This document shows, piece after piece, positions 11,974-25,227 of a stretch of 64,000 bases of DNA. The DNA lies in assembly GCA_905331295.1 (NCBI GenBank), contig CAJNYD010000547.1:1-64000 (forward strand), read 5' to 3'. The notes under the pieces were generated by a model. That model worked only from the letters and a program-made list of their open reading frames with translations. It was not told the DNA's origin and did not search any database. The first letter of the stretch is position 1; each line of letters opens with the position of its first letter. The stretch is from Rotaria socialis. Lineage: Eukaryota. A program made the translations under genes and the position numbers.

Positions 11974-14885
11974 CACATAAAACTGAAATATGTTATTTAC
12001 TTCAAGTAGTCCTGCCTGATACGTATAGATAGAAGAAAGAATATGGATCCATGCTTTCTTTAAAGTCCTAGGAACGTTTACTTCTAGCGTTAGAACGAGC
12101 AACTAAGGAGAATAAAACAAACCGTTTTTCTTCTATAGGAGGTCACTTACGTTTCACCTGAGAAAAAATTCGAGAAGAAATAAAAATATTTTTGTTTGCA
12201 GTAAAATACTTGAGATAAAGCAATTGTATACATTCATATTCCCCGAAAACAAAAATCTTTCTTAACCAAAACACGAAAGATATTACGTGTCTGCATATAT
12301 CTCTATGGTAGCAGCAAGAATGATTCATTTTAAAAAAACTGAGATAAAATTTTACTCAATCGTCTTCGACATGTTCTTTTTATGATTCATATAACGAATT
12401 TGATGAAAACTATCATTTAAAACAAAACTCTACTTACATACAGTGCATGATACGATAACATTTCATCAATGTGTAATTTCTATTTATTAATGAGACTGAA
12501 AGGAAATCTATACAGACCGAAAATTAGCAATTCCAGCAATGCTACTTGAATTAAGGATGCAAAATAAAATTATGTGACAGGATTTCTATTAGCATTCTTC
12601 TCACTATGAGAAAATTTTAAACGTCCTCATAAGTAGAATGGTGCGAGTAAACATCGATGTTCCATATCGTTAATGCATATCGATGAAGTGAGTATGTTTT
12701 TTATGGTTTTTTTTTGTTAAAGGGATTATTCTCATCAAACAAAAAAAAAGGAAGTAGAAAAAGATGAGATCTGCAAGTTTTTATTGTTTTTCGTTGCTAT
12801 TTGTAGAGCAAATATATCTCTTGTTTGCTTTTAAAAATACTTACTTGTCCCCCCCCGTCTATTTGCTAATTCAACTATTTTTTTTATACAAAAATAAAAC
12901 TCAACCATTAATAATGGTGTTTGGTTTCTATTTTCAATATGAAATATTGTATATTTCAATGACAACAGCAAACTTTTATGATACCTTGCATTGCACATGA
13001 ATTTCGACAACAATCATTGACTACCTTTTAATCATACACAATAAAAGATAATGGATAATGTTTCCACGAAACGTATGATATTGTGCAAACCGTATGTTTA
13101 CTTTCAATATTTTAAAAAACAACGGACTCTGATAAAAGACATTTTTTTCTATTTCCTAAACATCATTTATAAGTATTCGATACAATATTCAATATGCTAT
13201 AAAACTAAATCAAAACTGAAAATATTCTATTTTGCCTTATTGAGGTTACTAATCAAAGTTCCTCATTATTTGAATTCATGCGAATGAAAGAAAATCAATT
13301 AAAAACAATAGCTGTAATGAAAGATCGTACGAAACAACACAGTATCTTACATGATACATAGATAACTGCAAGAAAAGTATAGTACATATTGATGTTGAAA
13401 TTTGAATACAAGAATGAATAATACAATATCAAATTGGATGTTAACTGATAAATTAAAATAGAAATCAAATAGGATTTTCGAATTTAAGTACTATTGATGT
13501 TTTCTTTATGTTTGCATGCAGTTTGGATATTTTAGATTTTTTTGTACAACTATTTCATAATATATCTATTTTGAATTTAACTCGCTGTGGTCTATCAAAG
13601 CTACAGAAATTTTTAAATGTATTCAAACGGCATATAGTACAAATGATTTAAAATACCACCTTTTTTTTATGTATATAATCGTTGTGGACAGCTCATCTTT
13701 TCTGATATTTGTTTTCATAAGGAGATCGTTCAATGATGGCCCATCTAATTGAGTTACAATGCAAAACGTTTTCAGTATCCACGCCTGTGACATGCAATTG
13801 AGAACATAATTGAATACATCTTATGTAATTACTTATTTCGAAGAGAATTTAGGCTATGTCAACAGAAAAAAGATTACTCATCGACAGAACTTAGTAGTAA
13901 GTAATGTGACTCAAATAGTAAACGGATTTATGTTGACAAGGATTATTCATGAAGAATATATTCATAGGAATGTACTTTTGTGACAACGATATGTGATAAG
14001 ACATTTTTTTTCTTTATTTCATCAGGCTGCTTAAATACTTGTTGAAAGGTTGATGGCGAACTATACAATTAGCAATAAGAACATCTCATAACATACTATA
14101 GTATCATAATTGTGATTCATATGTGCAAGAAGATAATTTTCATTATTGATTTCTGCCAATCGACCCGTATACTTCTTGTATGGAAATGTTAATTTCTCTC
14201 TTGAATGATACTGGCGAATAAAATTGCATCCTAGAAGAAAAAACTAACGACATACTCAGTCACTCAGTCAATCCAGCGAATGGTTGTTATTACTCGGTGG
14301 ACAAAGGATAAACTACTAGCAAGGAAAAGATTGCAGTCGTCTGTTTCAATTCTTGTTGGTGGGAAAAAATTTGCCGATGATAGAGCAACTTTTTTTCTGG
14401 CATGAATTGTTGTTGATTGTTTTTTTTTCACGAGAACATCTTGAGAGTATCTATTCAAATAAATATATTCAAAAGTCAATTGTATTATAGCCTATGTGAG
14501 AATAATACAGGATTTTAAGCAGATTTCTTGCAATATGCGATGTAATCTTTGATCTGGCTGAAAGAATAAAAACTTGAATAGATATCTTTCAGAATTTCAT
14601 CAGTTTCAACTACACACATCAATTATTGGGGGTGTATATGTGTTTTGTTTAGTAAATATGTTCATACGAAAACAAACTGAACCGTATACCCACCACCACA
14701 GTCTAAGCCTCCATCTCTTATTCTATATTTGTTGAAGTTTCGCATCGTTTCTTACATTATTTACAAATTATGTCCTGTCCATTCTTTCATTTATTCATAC
14801 GCTTGCGTGAAAAATAAAAACAACACGATCTGGTGAGATAATTTATGAGTCCCTCTTAAACCTCCTGTCCGTAGACATACGTGCA

Positions 14886-16772
14886 AGGGCAAAAAGGCGG
14901 ATTCCGGATTCCCAGGATTCCCAGATTTCCATGGAATTCTGGGATTACAATGGGATTCTCGGAATTTTTATAATAACAAATGACATTTCAGAAATTCATA
15001 TTTAGCCTCTACGATCCTCAATCTAGTCCTGAAAATCTGATAGAACTCAGTGTCAAGGCTTCATTGCTTTATCAAATGACTTGAAAGGCTGCACACAACC
15101 ATTGAGGAAAATCATTTCCTAGGCGAACTTTTTTTTTCATATGCTTGACCTGTTCAGATATCAAGATTTGTTCAGCGCACATGACACTCTTGCTCCGAAT
15201 ACTCATGTATTTCATGTGCATACGTCAAGGTAGTTCACTAGGGTTATCTATTTTAAAATTCTAGGCACTTAACCTAATTAGATGGGTATCAGATTCATTT
15301 TGACAACACGACAGTTTACTTTCTTATTTTTAAGAGAAAATGTTCGNNNNNNNNNNNNNNNNNNNNNNNNNNNNNNNNNNNNNNNNNNNNNNNNNNNNNN
15401 NNNNNNNNNNNNNNNNNNNNNNNNNNNNNNNNNNNNNNNNNNNNNNNNNNNNNNNNNNNNNNNNNNNNNNNNNNNNNNNNNNNNNNNNNNNNNNNNNNNN
15501 NNNNNNNNNNNNNNNNNNNNNNNNNNNNNNNNNNNNNNNNNNNNNNNNNNNNNNNNNNNNNNNNNNNNNNNNNCCGTTTTTTTTTTTGTATTAATATTCA
15601 CGGATAAGTCATTATTGATCAGTCTAGGAAGAATAGTGCTGATTGCAGACTTACGACTTACTAAGTATTGAATAAAATGAAAAGGCCCGCAAGTTAGTCT
15701 TCGGAGCTAGTCCCTTAGTTCAATTGCAACTATATATGTTATGTCGAATTTAAAGTTGTAGTTCGATTCATCCTTCTATGAATCAATATGAGCGTTATTG
15801 TACAAAGTGTTTGAGATCTCTCACCTGATTGAACTGTATAAATGATCATACTAGATGTCACGATTAAGATCACGTTCTTTCGTTAGAAATCAGTAGCTTC
15901 CATACTCCAGAAAGTTCAGTTTACGATATCGACGAGGGTGATGGTCTACATCATTTTTTTCCATCCACACCCTTATTTTCCATACCACTACGTGGTTCTC
16001 TTAGAGGAACGAGTTTCAAAATATTAAATGAACGAAGTGATATTTTTTATGCATGAGCATGAGTTATGATTTCAGTGTTGTTCAGACATCTAATTTAAGT
16101 ATTTCTTGGATATTCATTGCATTCCCTGGATTTCTATTTGGTTCCAGGATTCCCATAGGATTCGAAATCCCGAGAACACGCCAATTCCCCCTTGAGTTGC
16201 ATCATAATTGAAAGACTTCGACTTTTTTCTTAGATTGCACTCTATATACCAATTGCTTTGTTTTATTTATATGTATTAACTAGAATAGTTCAATAATATG
16301 CTGCGAAGACAACTTTTTCAGAACTTTTGCGCATAGGGTTGCATTATAATTTGTCTCGACTGAAGACACCCATGTCACCAAAATCACGACGTTTTTTGCG
16401 ATATGCGCAGGCATCTTACTAAATTTTCTAAGCATGATAATTATATACATCATTTTGTTTCATTTATGCAACGTGGATATACATGCAATTTACAATATCA
16501 AGAGCATAAACCAGATTCGTGTCATAAATCAACATGTTACAATTTGCTCTCTTCGGCGATGAGAATTACGAATTTCACAAGAATTTGTATTATACTTTTT
16601 ATGGCAGCAAGTCCTTGTTTCACAGCAACTAGCTTATCTGTATAGTTTGTTTCATAAATTGCTTCGATTGATACTTTGATTAATCCAGAATATAAATTAT
16701 ATTTTCTGGATTTCTGGGATTTCTCATGGGATTCTTGGAATTCGGAGTCCTGAGAATCCGCCTTTTCCCCTA
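14886..16772. mobile_element. Degenerate MITE/DNA-transposon ends with ggattc-rich subterminal repeats (14886-14970, ~16120-16193, ~16700-16772)
   Basis: AGGGCAAAAAGGCGGATTC on the left versus GAATCCGCCTTTTCCCCTA on the right; the span includes the N gap. Confidence 0.5.
15347..15573. other. Assembly gap (227 N)
   Basis: Run of n. Confidence 1.
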
Positions 16773-19222
16773 GGAGAGTTACTATATCACACATAGCAAC
16801 GCTTCGTTTATTTGATTGAGTTAAGAGTAGCAAAAAAAAATCGCGAATCAATGATAGACCGTGTTTATTGATTGTCATACACGACTGTTAGTCGTAGTGT
16901 GTTAAGTTTTTGTTATATTATGCACCTATTTTTTTGTTCTTTCTTCTTCTTGTATGTGAATATAATTGCAGCTGTGTATTTCAAATAATAAATACCGATA
17001 CTATACACATTTTCACATATGCACCTACGTCGAACACCCACAGTCGTAAGCAATTGCTTACAAAAGTTCTGCATATGGAAACCATAATAAAATACGCAGC
17101 ATATATATATATGTAAGCCTCGATCTAAGCAACGCTTCACTCATGTCTTAGTGTTTACTTATGATTACATTGATAAATCCTATAGGAGTCTTTCATTCCA
17201 GAGTATAAACATCGCAGCAGTTGGCATCGAACTGTTTCTTTACATTTATGACATATTACAAGAAGCAGAAGAAAGCGTGATTAGTCATTTGTCGAAAAGA
17301 GAACATTAATTGTAACTGTTTATGCTGAATAGATATTTTATAAATACTTTCTTTAAATTTAATGCGTTAAACTGTTTCATCTAAAACATATTTGAATACA
17401 AACAGATGTTGACTTCTTAATTAGGACGATGAGTCAGTCTGCATTATATACATAAGCCAATAGTAGATTATTTTCACTTGCATAAGATTTTTATTTAAAG
17501 AAGATTAGTGAAGTTCTATGAGAGTTCTTTTCGAGGCATGCAAAAGAATTCATCTAAAGATAAATATGGGCAAATAATGTGAAATAGAATTACCTTTTTT
17601 TTAAATAGATAACAGTAATCTATTGAAGTATAAATGTGTTGTAACATGCCGAAGTAATTTTTGTAAAGTTTATATACTATTTTGTTATACTTGATTATTC
17701 AACTGCCATTAGACAGTAGCCAAATCATAATAAGCTAACGCCAATTTCTATTAAAACAGTTGCCTTAACATTTCATGTGTTCGAAAGCGAACCTATGTGA
17801 AGTTTTACAATCAATATCTTCCAAACAGACTTTATGTAGGTACTTTTAAAAAGCAAATTTAGTATCTACTAAACTTCACACCTATCAGCGAGATAAATAT
17901 AGAGAAAGTTATAGTATTTATAGCATTGGTTATCTATAAATAGATCTATAGTGAAGCAACCGTTTTTTAGAAGAATGATTGGTAGTATTTAGATAAATAG
18001 CTACTTCGCTGGATCCAAGCAACATCTACTTTTTCGACTGTAGTTTCTCCGAAATCAACGATACATATACATACACGAACAATGACAAGAGATTCGGATA
18101 CTTTGTCTAGAAGAATTTTCTTCTTAAAAATAATAAAACACTTCAATAATACTTTATATATATATCCTTGAAAAGTCTAAGTTATATGAAATCTACATGG
18201 AAATGAATACTTAGTACAAATGCATATCAAAAAGAAATTGCGCGAGGAAAAATATCATGATCCCGGTCGAGATTGTGCATCGAATCAGTTCTATTGTCTA
18301 AATAGTTGAGTTTCATGTCTGTGGGTGTTTTATGAACAACCACAATGTTAAAGCATTGGACAAGAACAAAGCAAACCAATTTAATATTCGTTAGTAACCG
18401 TTCTTCATAGGAGTAAAACTGAATCTTTGTCGATACATTTGAGAATATAAGCAAATCGGGAAACTAACATTTTATTTATCTAATCATTTTTCTAAGTAGA
18501 ATCTTTCTGTGTGTAAAAGTTTTAGTACTATAAAATGTTAAATAACTCTTCATCATGTATATTTAAATTTGAGAATTCTTTTGACAAAGAACATGATTCA
18601 TTTCCTTTTTCAACGAGCTAAACAAATGTTAATCCTAATATCATACACAACATCAAAAAGCTATATTAATATGTTTCTGAATTGAATGAAATCGATTCAT
18701 TAAAACCAGACCTCTAATGATACCATTCAGCAGGGTATGGAACAATCATCTCTTTCGACAAAATAATCTAGACAAGTTGATATTACAACGAGTTTCTCTT
18801 TTTTTCTCGATAGGTACTTCGTCTGTGAAAATTGTTCTTTCGGATGTACCATATCTGCAAGAATATTTTATTTGCGAAAAAGAACTAATGATCAGGCACT
18901 GGAGTTCAATTTGACTTTATAGATTTCGCATATGTGAAAAGTTGATCTTAGCAATGGTTTTTTAAATATCAATTAAACCTTGATTGCGGGAGAATGACAA
19001 AATATGAGACTCTCACTGAACTACAGAGACAACAATAGGCTTAGATAACTTTTTCAATTTCAGTTCTATTGTGAAATCTTTAGCCTCGATTATAATTCTC
19101 GTTAAATACGTACTTTTATATATCATTAAAAAATATTTTTCACCTTGTTATACTTTCACGTTCATCATATATATACATGCATTTATGTAATTAAATATGT
19201 AATAGGTTCGTTTGTGTTAAAA

Positions 19223-19890
19223 TGTAGATTTTTAATGCAGCTAAATACATGATGTTTGATTTATTTGATTTAATAGCTTCTCTTTTAATAATGACATTTC
19301 GACAAATTCATACACCGAATGTCATCTCCAGATTATCATCGATATTACAACAAAATTATTTTTTATTTTTCCTTTTATTATTTAATGTTTTTGTTGTTAA
19401 TGATGTTGATTTTCTTCATTTGTTGTTCGTTCTTTTTATTTTATTTTTATTTCCTAATACAGTATTATTACGACCTGATGTTTCTAAACCTATGAATATG
19501 GATATGAAAAATAACATCAGTCCTCAAGTCAATATCAATGTATCAAATTCAACAACAGATCAAGGGTCAAAATTATCAACATCAATGTTATGGTTAATAA
19601 CAACCGACAAAATGGTTATGGTTTAGGTTTAGAAACATCAGGTCGTGATAATGCTGTATTAGGAAATTAAAAAATTAAAAAGAATGAACAACAAATGAAG
19701 AAAATCAACATCATTAACAACACAAACATTAAATAATAAAAATAAAAATAATAAATAATTTTGTTGCAAAATCGATGATAATCTGGAGATGACATTCGGT
19801 GTATGAATTTGTCGAAATGCCATGATTAAAAGAGAAGCTATTAAATCAAATAAATCAAACATCATGTATTTAGCTGCATTAAAATCTACA
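19223..19890. repeat. Long inverted repeat, ~270-bp arms (19223-19492, 19624-19890) with a 131-bp spacer
   Basis: Arms are reverse complements with about 15 differences by eye; ORFs 19249+ and 19659- share the peptide MMFDLFDLIASLLIM... Confidence 0.95.
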
Positions 19891-20027
19891 CCTATGTAGT
19901 CAAATATTTGATGCAAAAAGAAAAGCAAGCAACTATATCTATAATGATAATGATGCATTGATTTATTTTCTGTTCTTTCATAAAAACAAGAATAAAAAGA
20001 CTTTCGATAAAATTTAATATGATTGTA

Positions 20028-21617
20028 TTAGTTCACCGATACTATGTAGTTGTGTAATTTCTGAGTCAATATTCGATCAACATTCGATTTCGATTTAGTT
20101 TTATATAGTAGAAAATGCATTAGATATTGTATTTCAGGTGTAACATAATGAAATGATATTGTTTGATCACTACAACAATTGTAATTCTAATAATAAATAA
20201 ACAGATAAAAATAGTTTTAAAATTCCAATAGCATTTGTAAATTTCAACCTACACTTTGCGGTGGATTTTGAGCATATTTTGCAAGCCAATCAGGAAATGT
20301 ACCAAGAAAATGATTCGCAAATGGTAGTGGATGAAATAATTCACGATTTTTCTTATCGAGAGATTCACCTGGATAAACACCTTTTTTACGAAGACAATGG
20401 GCTATTTCGACATCTTCGCTACCACCATCTTTACGACAGTTTAACGCTGGATCTTGATGTGCTTGATAGAATCGTCGTAATGCTTCTCGGCTTAACACGT
20501 AGGATGCTCCACCTGAATGATAGCCTTTTTCAACGACTACCTTTAACAAAAATTTTATGACGATAAAGATCAAAAATAGAGAAATAGAGTTTGTTTAAAT
20601 CTCTTATTGTTATTTTATTTTGAGCATGTTTCAATTTTCGTGTTAAAAGATTTTAATCAGGAAGTCTGTCGTTGCTGGTTTCATGTTAGGCGGATGGAAA
20701 AAAGAAGGTATGATGGAAAAAGGCAGAAAGGGAAAATATCGAAAGGGAAAAATGTCGAAAATAAAAATATCGAAAACAAAATTAATACACATGCAGATGG
20801 ATAGAAATACTGAAAACGAGAGTATATTGAAGTACAAGTCTCCCTCATCCTCAATTCAATCTTACATGCTCATGTTCCACTCATATTCTTGTTTTCGACA
20901 TTTTTATTTTCGATATTTTTCCCTTTCGATATTTTCCCTTTCTGCCTTTTTTCATCCATTCATTTTCTAGTCCCGTGTAGCATGTGGAAGTTGCTTCGTC
21001 AACTATTCTGATCATTCTTTCAATGAAACCTTTTGTCAACTATCAATTCTAAGGTCGGACTAATTGAAATGAAACTATTAAAAACTAACTACCTTAAAAT
21101 TGTAACCAAATGTAACAGGTTCGGATGTACTCTGTTTTCTTAGAAATATTTTCAAATGATCGACAAACAAAAATGTATCATCATCTGCTTTGACAAACCA
21201 ATCGAAATCATTGAAATAATGTTTATAGGCGAATAAAAATGCTAGCGTAGATTTTTCCGTTAGATATTGATAACCAGATGTAATATTTTTAATTGGTGCA
21301 ATGGGTATTTGTTCTGCGAATTGAATTTGTTTGAGTGTCATGTTTTCTCGAGGAAATTCTGTGATGAAAAAATATCGATCACATTGTGGTGCCCATGTTT
21401 CATGAACAGCTTTCGCTCGTGTAAGAATCGATTTAGGTGCTGTCAGTATTAAACATAATATGCGTACTGTTGAGTCTTGAGTTGTATTTTTAGCAAGAGA
21501 CAGCGGGGAATTTTGGAGCGCAGTATACAAATTATTCATAGAGGAGCCAACATAAACGAAAGTTATTAATGTGAGACCTGTGATTACAAGGCCAATCAAA
21601 GTAGATTTTGAATGTCT
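20028..21617 (-). CDS. C1GALT1: Core 1 beta-1,3-galactosyltransferase (T-synthase, GT31); exons 21617-21093, 20540-20253, 20186-20028; start exon not located
   Basis: N-terminal TM helix and motifs RILCLILT, TWAPQCD, DWFVKADDDT, GYHSGGASYVLS, EDVEIAHCL, CCSDQTISFHYV. Confidence 0.9.
20713..20957. mobile_element. MITE in the C1GALT1 intron
   Basis: gatggaaaaaggcagaaagggaaaatatcgaaaggg... versus ...ccctttcgatattttccctttctgccttttttcatc; arms ~68 bp. Confidence 0.8.
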
Positions 21618-22119
21618 CTATATAATAAAAAAAATGAAATTTAATTGATATTAATACTGCAAGGTTCGAATATTTAACACAAAGCAAAAGAATGGAGATG
21701 TGATGATGGAAAGGCTTTAATATTGATTACAATAGAGACTGATCAAGGAGAAAAATTCTTAATGTGGAAATAATTCTTATTTCGTGATAGATACTATACA
21801 GCCCGCTAGTGAAAATTTTGAAAGAATTTAGATTCCTATTTCTTTCTTCGCGGTCATAAATAATTTTATTATATCACTATGGAGCGTATAATATACGATG
21901 AAAGTTCGTCAGTAAATCAAGATGCAAATTTGAGATGAAATATCTATTTATCAAGTTATTTTCTACATTTTACTAAAGACTGTCCCATTCAGCCAAGAAA
22001 GATCATACAATAGATGGCTTTTTTTTTTACTATTTTTGGTTTATGACTTTATAATTATAATTATTCCATGATAATATCGTTGAGTAATCGTTCGATAGTA
22101 ATCTGTTTATTAATAAGCT

Positions 22120-22692
22120 CCAACGGGAACGACTTTTATTGGGTCCCGTTTCTCGATCCTGTAAAAAAAGCTTTCATTCCCGTTCCCAGATTCCTTTCCC
22201 AGGAGAAGTTTAAAAGTTCCCCCTTCCAAAAGTTTCTCACAGTTTCTACTATTATTTCATTTTTTGCATTGAAAAAACTTTATTGTCAGGTATCATCTTA
22301 TCGCAGCATTTCATGTTTCACAATATAACCAATCACACGAAATGTATGAATGAAAACGAAATTTTGCATCGGACATCTCTCTGCTAAGTGGTTGCATTCA
22401 CGTTTACTTCTTAGTTTCGTTAAGTTTTGGTTGCACTCATTTGCTCAATTTCTTTTAGATTAACTTCGCGCATCATCTACACTTGGTATTCTACATATTA
22501 TCGTCTTGATCATTTTTTTAACAGATATTTGTAATTTTTTTTGTAAATTATACGAAATAAAAACTATTACAGCGATGGATTTTAGTAAATATAAAAATAG
22601 GACAAACATATTTTCAGGAACATCACATTTTTAATAACATTTCCGTTCCCGGTTTCAGCGGGAAAATTCTGGAAAAGTCGTTCCGGCGGGTT
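22120..22692. mobile_element. Degenerate MITE with cgggaac/gttcccg subterminal motifs
   Basis: ggaacgactttt at the left end and aaaagtcgttcc at the right end. Confidence 0.45.
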
Positions 22693-25091
22693 CCTATTTA
22701 TCGTACACTTGCTATTTACGTTTCGCGCTTTACATGTAAGTTTGATATGTCATGTGATATGTCATTTTTTATCATCTGTCACACTATTTATTATACTCTT
22801 TTGTTCAGTTTAATCTATAGAAGTGCCTTCTCATCTCCTTGTTCTTCTCATTCGATATAGTACTGACAATTGATGATGTAGACTATCATTTTATATATAA
22901 CTTTTGATCTTCTGCTTAAGACGTGATGAACAATTCGTGATAACAGACTTCAGCGTTCGATCTGTTTTCGTTTCTTTGATATGTCTCTCAATCAAGGATT
23001 TACATCGGGATTTCGCTTACTCTCAAATAATACAAATATCACAAATACAGGGACAAAAAATAAACAAAAGTGTAAATTGTTTGTTTTCCGAAAGCAATGC
23101 AATGTGTGATCTTCCCTTGCTGAAAAGGAAATTATAAAATGACATTAAAAATTAAAATTTCTAGGAATATAATAGATATCAAACTAAATTAGAAAAATAA
23201 TTTTTATTTGACAAAGAATTATTTTGTTTTTAAATATTCTCTAATTTTCATTATAAAGACAAAATAATAACAGTCATAAGTTTTCAAGAACGAGATTGGA
23301 AATCGAATTCGTTCACAGCCTATAATTAGTGCTTTATACATGAATAAGCAAAGAAAACTTATTGAAAAATGATATGTTGCGGGAAGGTATCAGATTCAAT
23401 TCGGATATTTTTTGATATTGTTGTTTTCTTTTCTAAGATGATGTTCTTTCTCTATTGACAAATGACAACGCACTAAGGTCATCATTGTATAGGGTTTCAT
23501 ATTCAACACTTGAAGGAAAAAGCGTTATATCTATTATCTTTGATCTTCTAAAGCTTCTTTAATTACAGACAAAACAATAACTAAACTTGCCGTTAGTATT
23601 TTGCTCCTACCTATTCAACGGATATTTGATAGAATAGCATAACAAATACTAACATCTCTTTCGTTGAACATACATATAGAAGAAGACAACGCACATTAAT
23701 GACTGAACTTAACGTGCATTTTTCTTTACTATGCAAATAGATGTTTCTTAATTATATGAACAACTTGATGTAGTTCACTTTAAATAAATATTAACGATGA
23801 ATACATTCGAGACTCTTAATCAATAATCTTATGTTTACATAAGATTATTTTGACAAAGTAATTACATGATATTCTAATTTTAAAATTCTTTAAATCAAAT
23901 AGTTTCGATAGTATATACAAAGAAAAATGGCGTGGTTTCTACTATATTCAAATGGTGAAATTCGAAGAAAACACTTACACCCATGATCATGAATCGAATA
24001 TTAATCACAGATTGCTTTTAAAACAAGTCTATTTTTATACTTTGCGAATAGAACTGCTCTAGTCATGTACCGAGCCATGATTATTAATCAATCATATTCT
24101 ATTACTTTGACATATGTCGCGCATCTCTTCAAATATCTAATTTGAAAATTTCGAGAAAAAGGTATCTGAAATTGATATAGTAATTTTAATGTCTTGAAAG
24201 TGGAAACGCTGCTATTGAGGTTACTCAAATGCAATTCAAGGCGTAATTAATACTATCTTCGAGAGATTTTTAGATATTTCAAGTATATTGTGAGCCTGTA
24301 TTAATTTGTTATTTAGCGGAGCAGCATGTTGCATATTAGAGTACAGAACTTTCTCTTTTTCTACTTGTTCGTAAGTCATTTCATGTTAATTAAGAATGCT
24401 TATTATTATGCATAAAAAATAGCACATTAAAGTCTGTGTATGAGTCCCGAAGCTAGTCCAAATGACGTGCCACGTATGTAATAGGAACAAGAAAGGAAGA
24501 AACTATCTACCATGTCAATATATTTGGAATCGCATGAAGAATATAATTTTTAAATCGACAAAACAAATATTTCACAGAAACATATTCCTACATAGAATAT
24601 GTCTATTTTTCAATAATGATGAAAATCCATAATATTGTGTCGCACAATAAGAGCTTAGACGGAAACCAATAGACTTTAAAAGATAATAATTTATCTTTCT
24701 CCCAATATGTGTCTTTGCTATTTATAGTTCAACAGAAATATATTATTTTTTCTAGACTACGTGAGATTAAACTGTCGAAAGTTTTCTATCACTCGAAAAT
24801 AAGCTGCCGTGGTTTTTAAAAAAATTCTTTTTTTGCTCTTATTTATAGGAGACTCGCCATGGTTGATTAAATATGTTTATTAACACGTGCCCACAAGGTG
24901 CTGTGTTTAAACAACGGTGCTATCAACCATGAAATAACCCTGAGCAAGTTACTAACTGCTGATTGCTCCGGATGATTCAGTCGATAGCGTATTGATTTTA
25001 CCACTAGTTAGTATACAGAGTTAAAACAAAACGTCAACATAGATGTCACGGCCACGTGATTCTTTGGTGATCATCGACCCATAATCATTAA

Positions 25092-25227
25092 CGGGGGAAG
25101 CGTTGGACGGATGGGGTGCAGATACCGTCGTCTGTAAAAGTTAAAAACGATAGAACCTGCCTGCTTGCGAACCGTTTAGCGCCGACCTCAACTGGCGATA
25201 AGCCTATGGGAGATATTATTATTATTT
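25092..25227 (+). mobile_element. Short GC-rich element with an (ATT)n tail, SINE or non-LTR end-like
   Basis: GC-rich island in AT-rich DNA, short stems (gacgg/ccgtc, cgcc/ggcg), ends in tattattattatt. Confidence 0.35.

Noticed and set aside
14110..14420. Possible caspase/peptidase C14 remnant (RKKVAL-IIG..., INNENY) on the minus strand
   Set aside because: Needs several frameshifts and no catalytic His/Cys motif is visible
15278..15671. ORFs spanning the N run
   Set aside because: Artefacts of translating n
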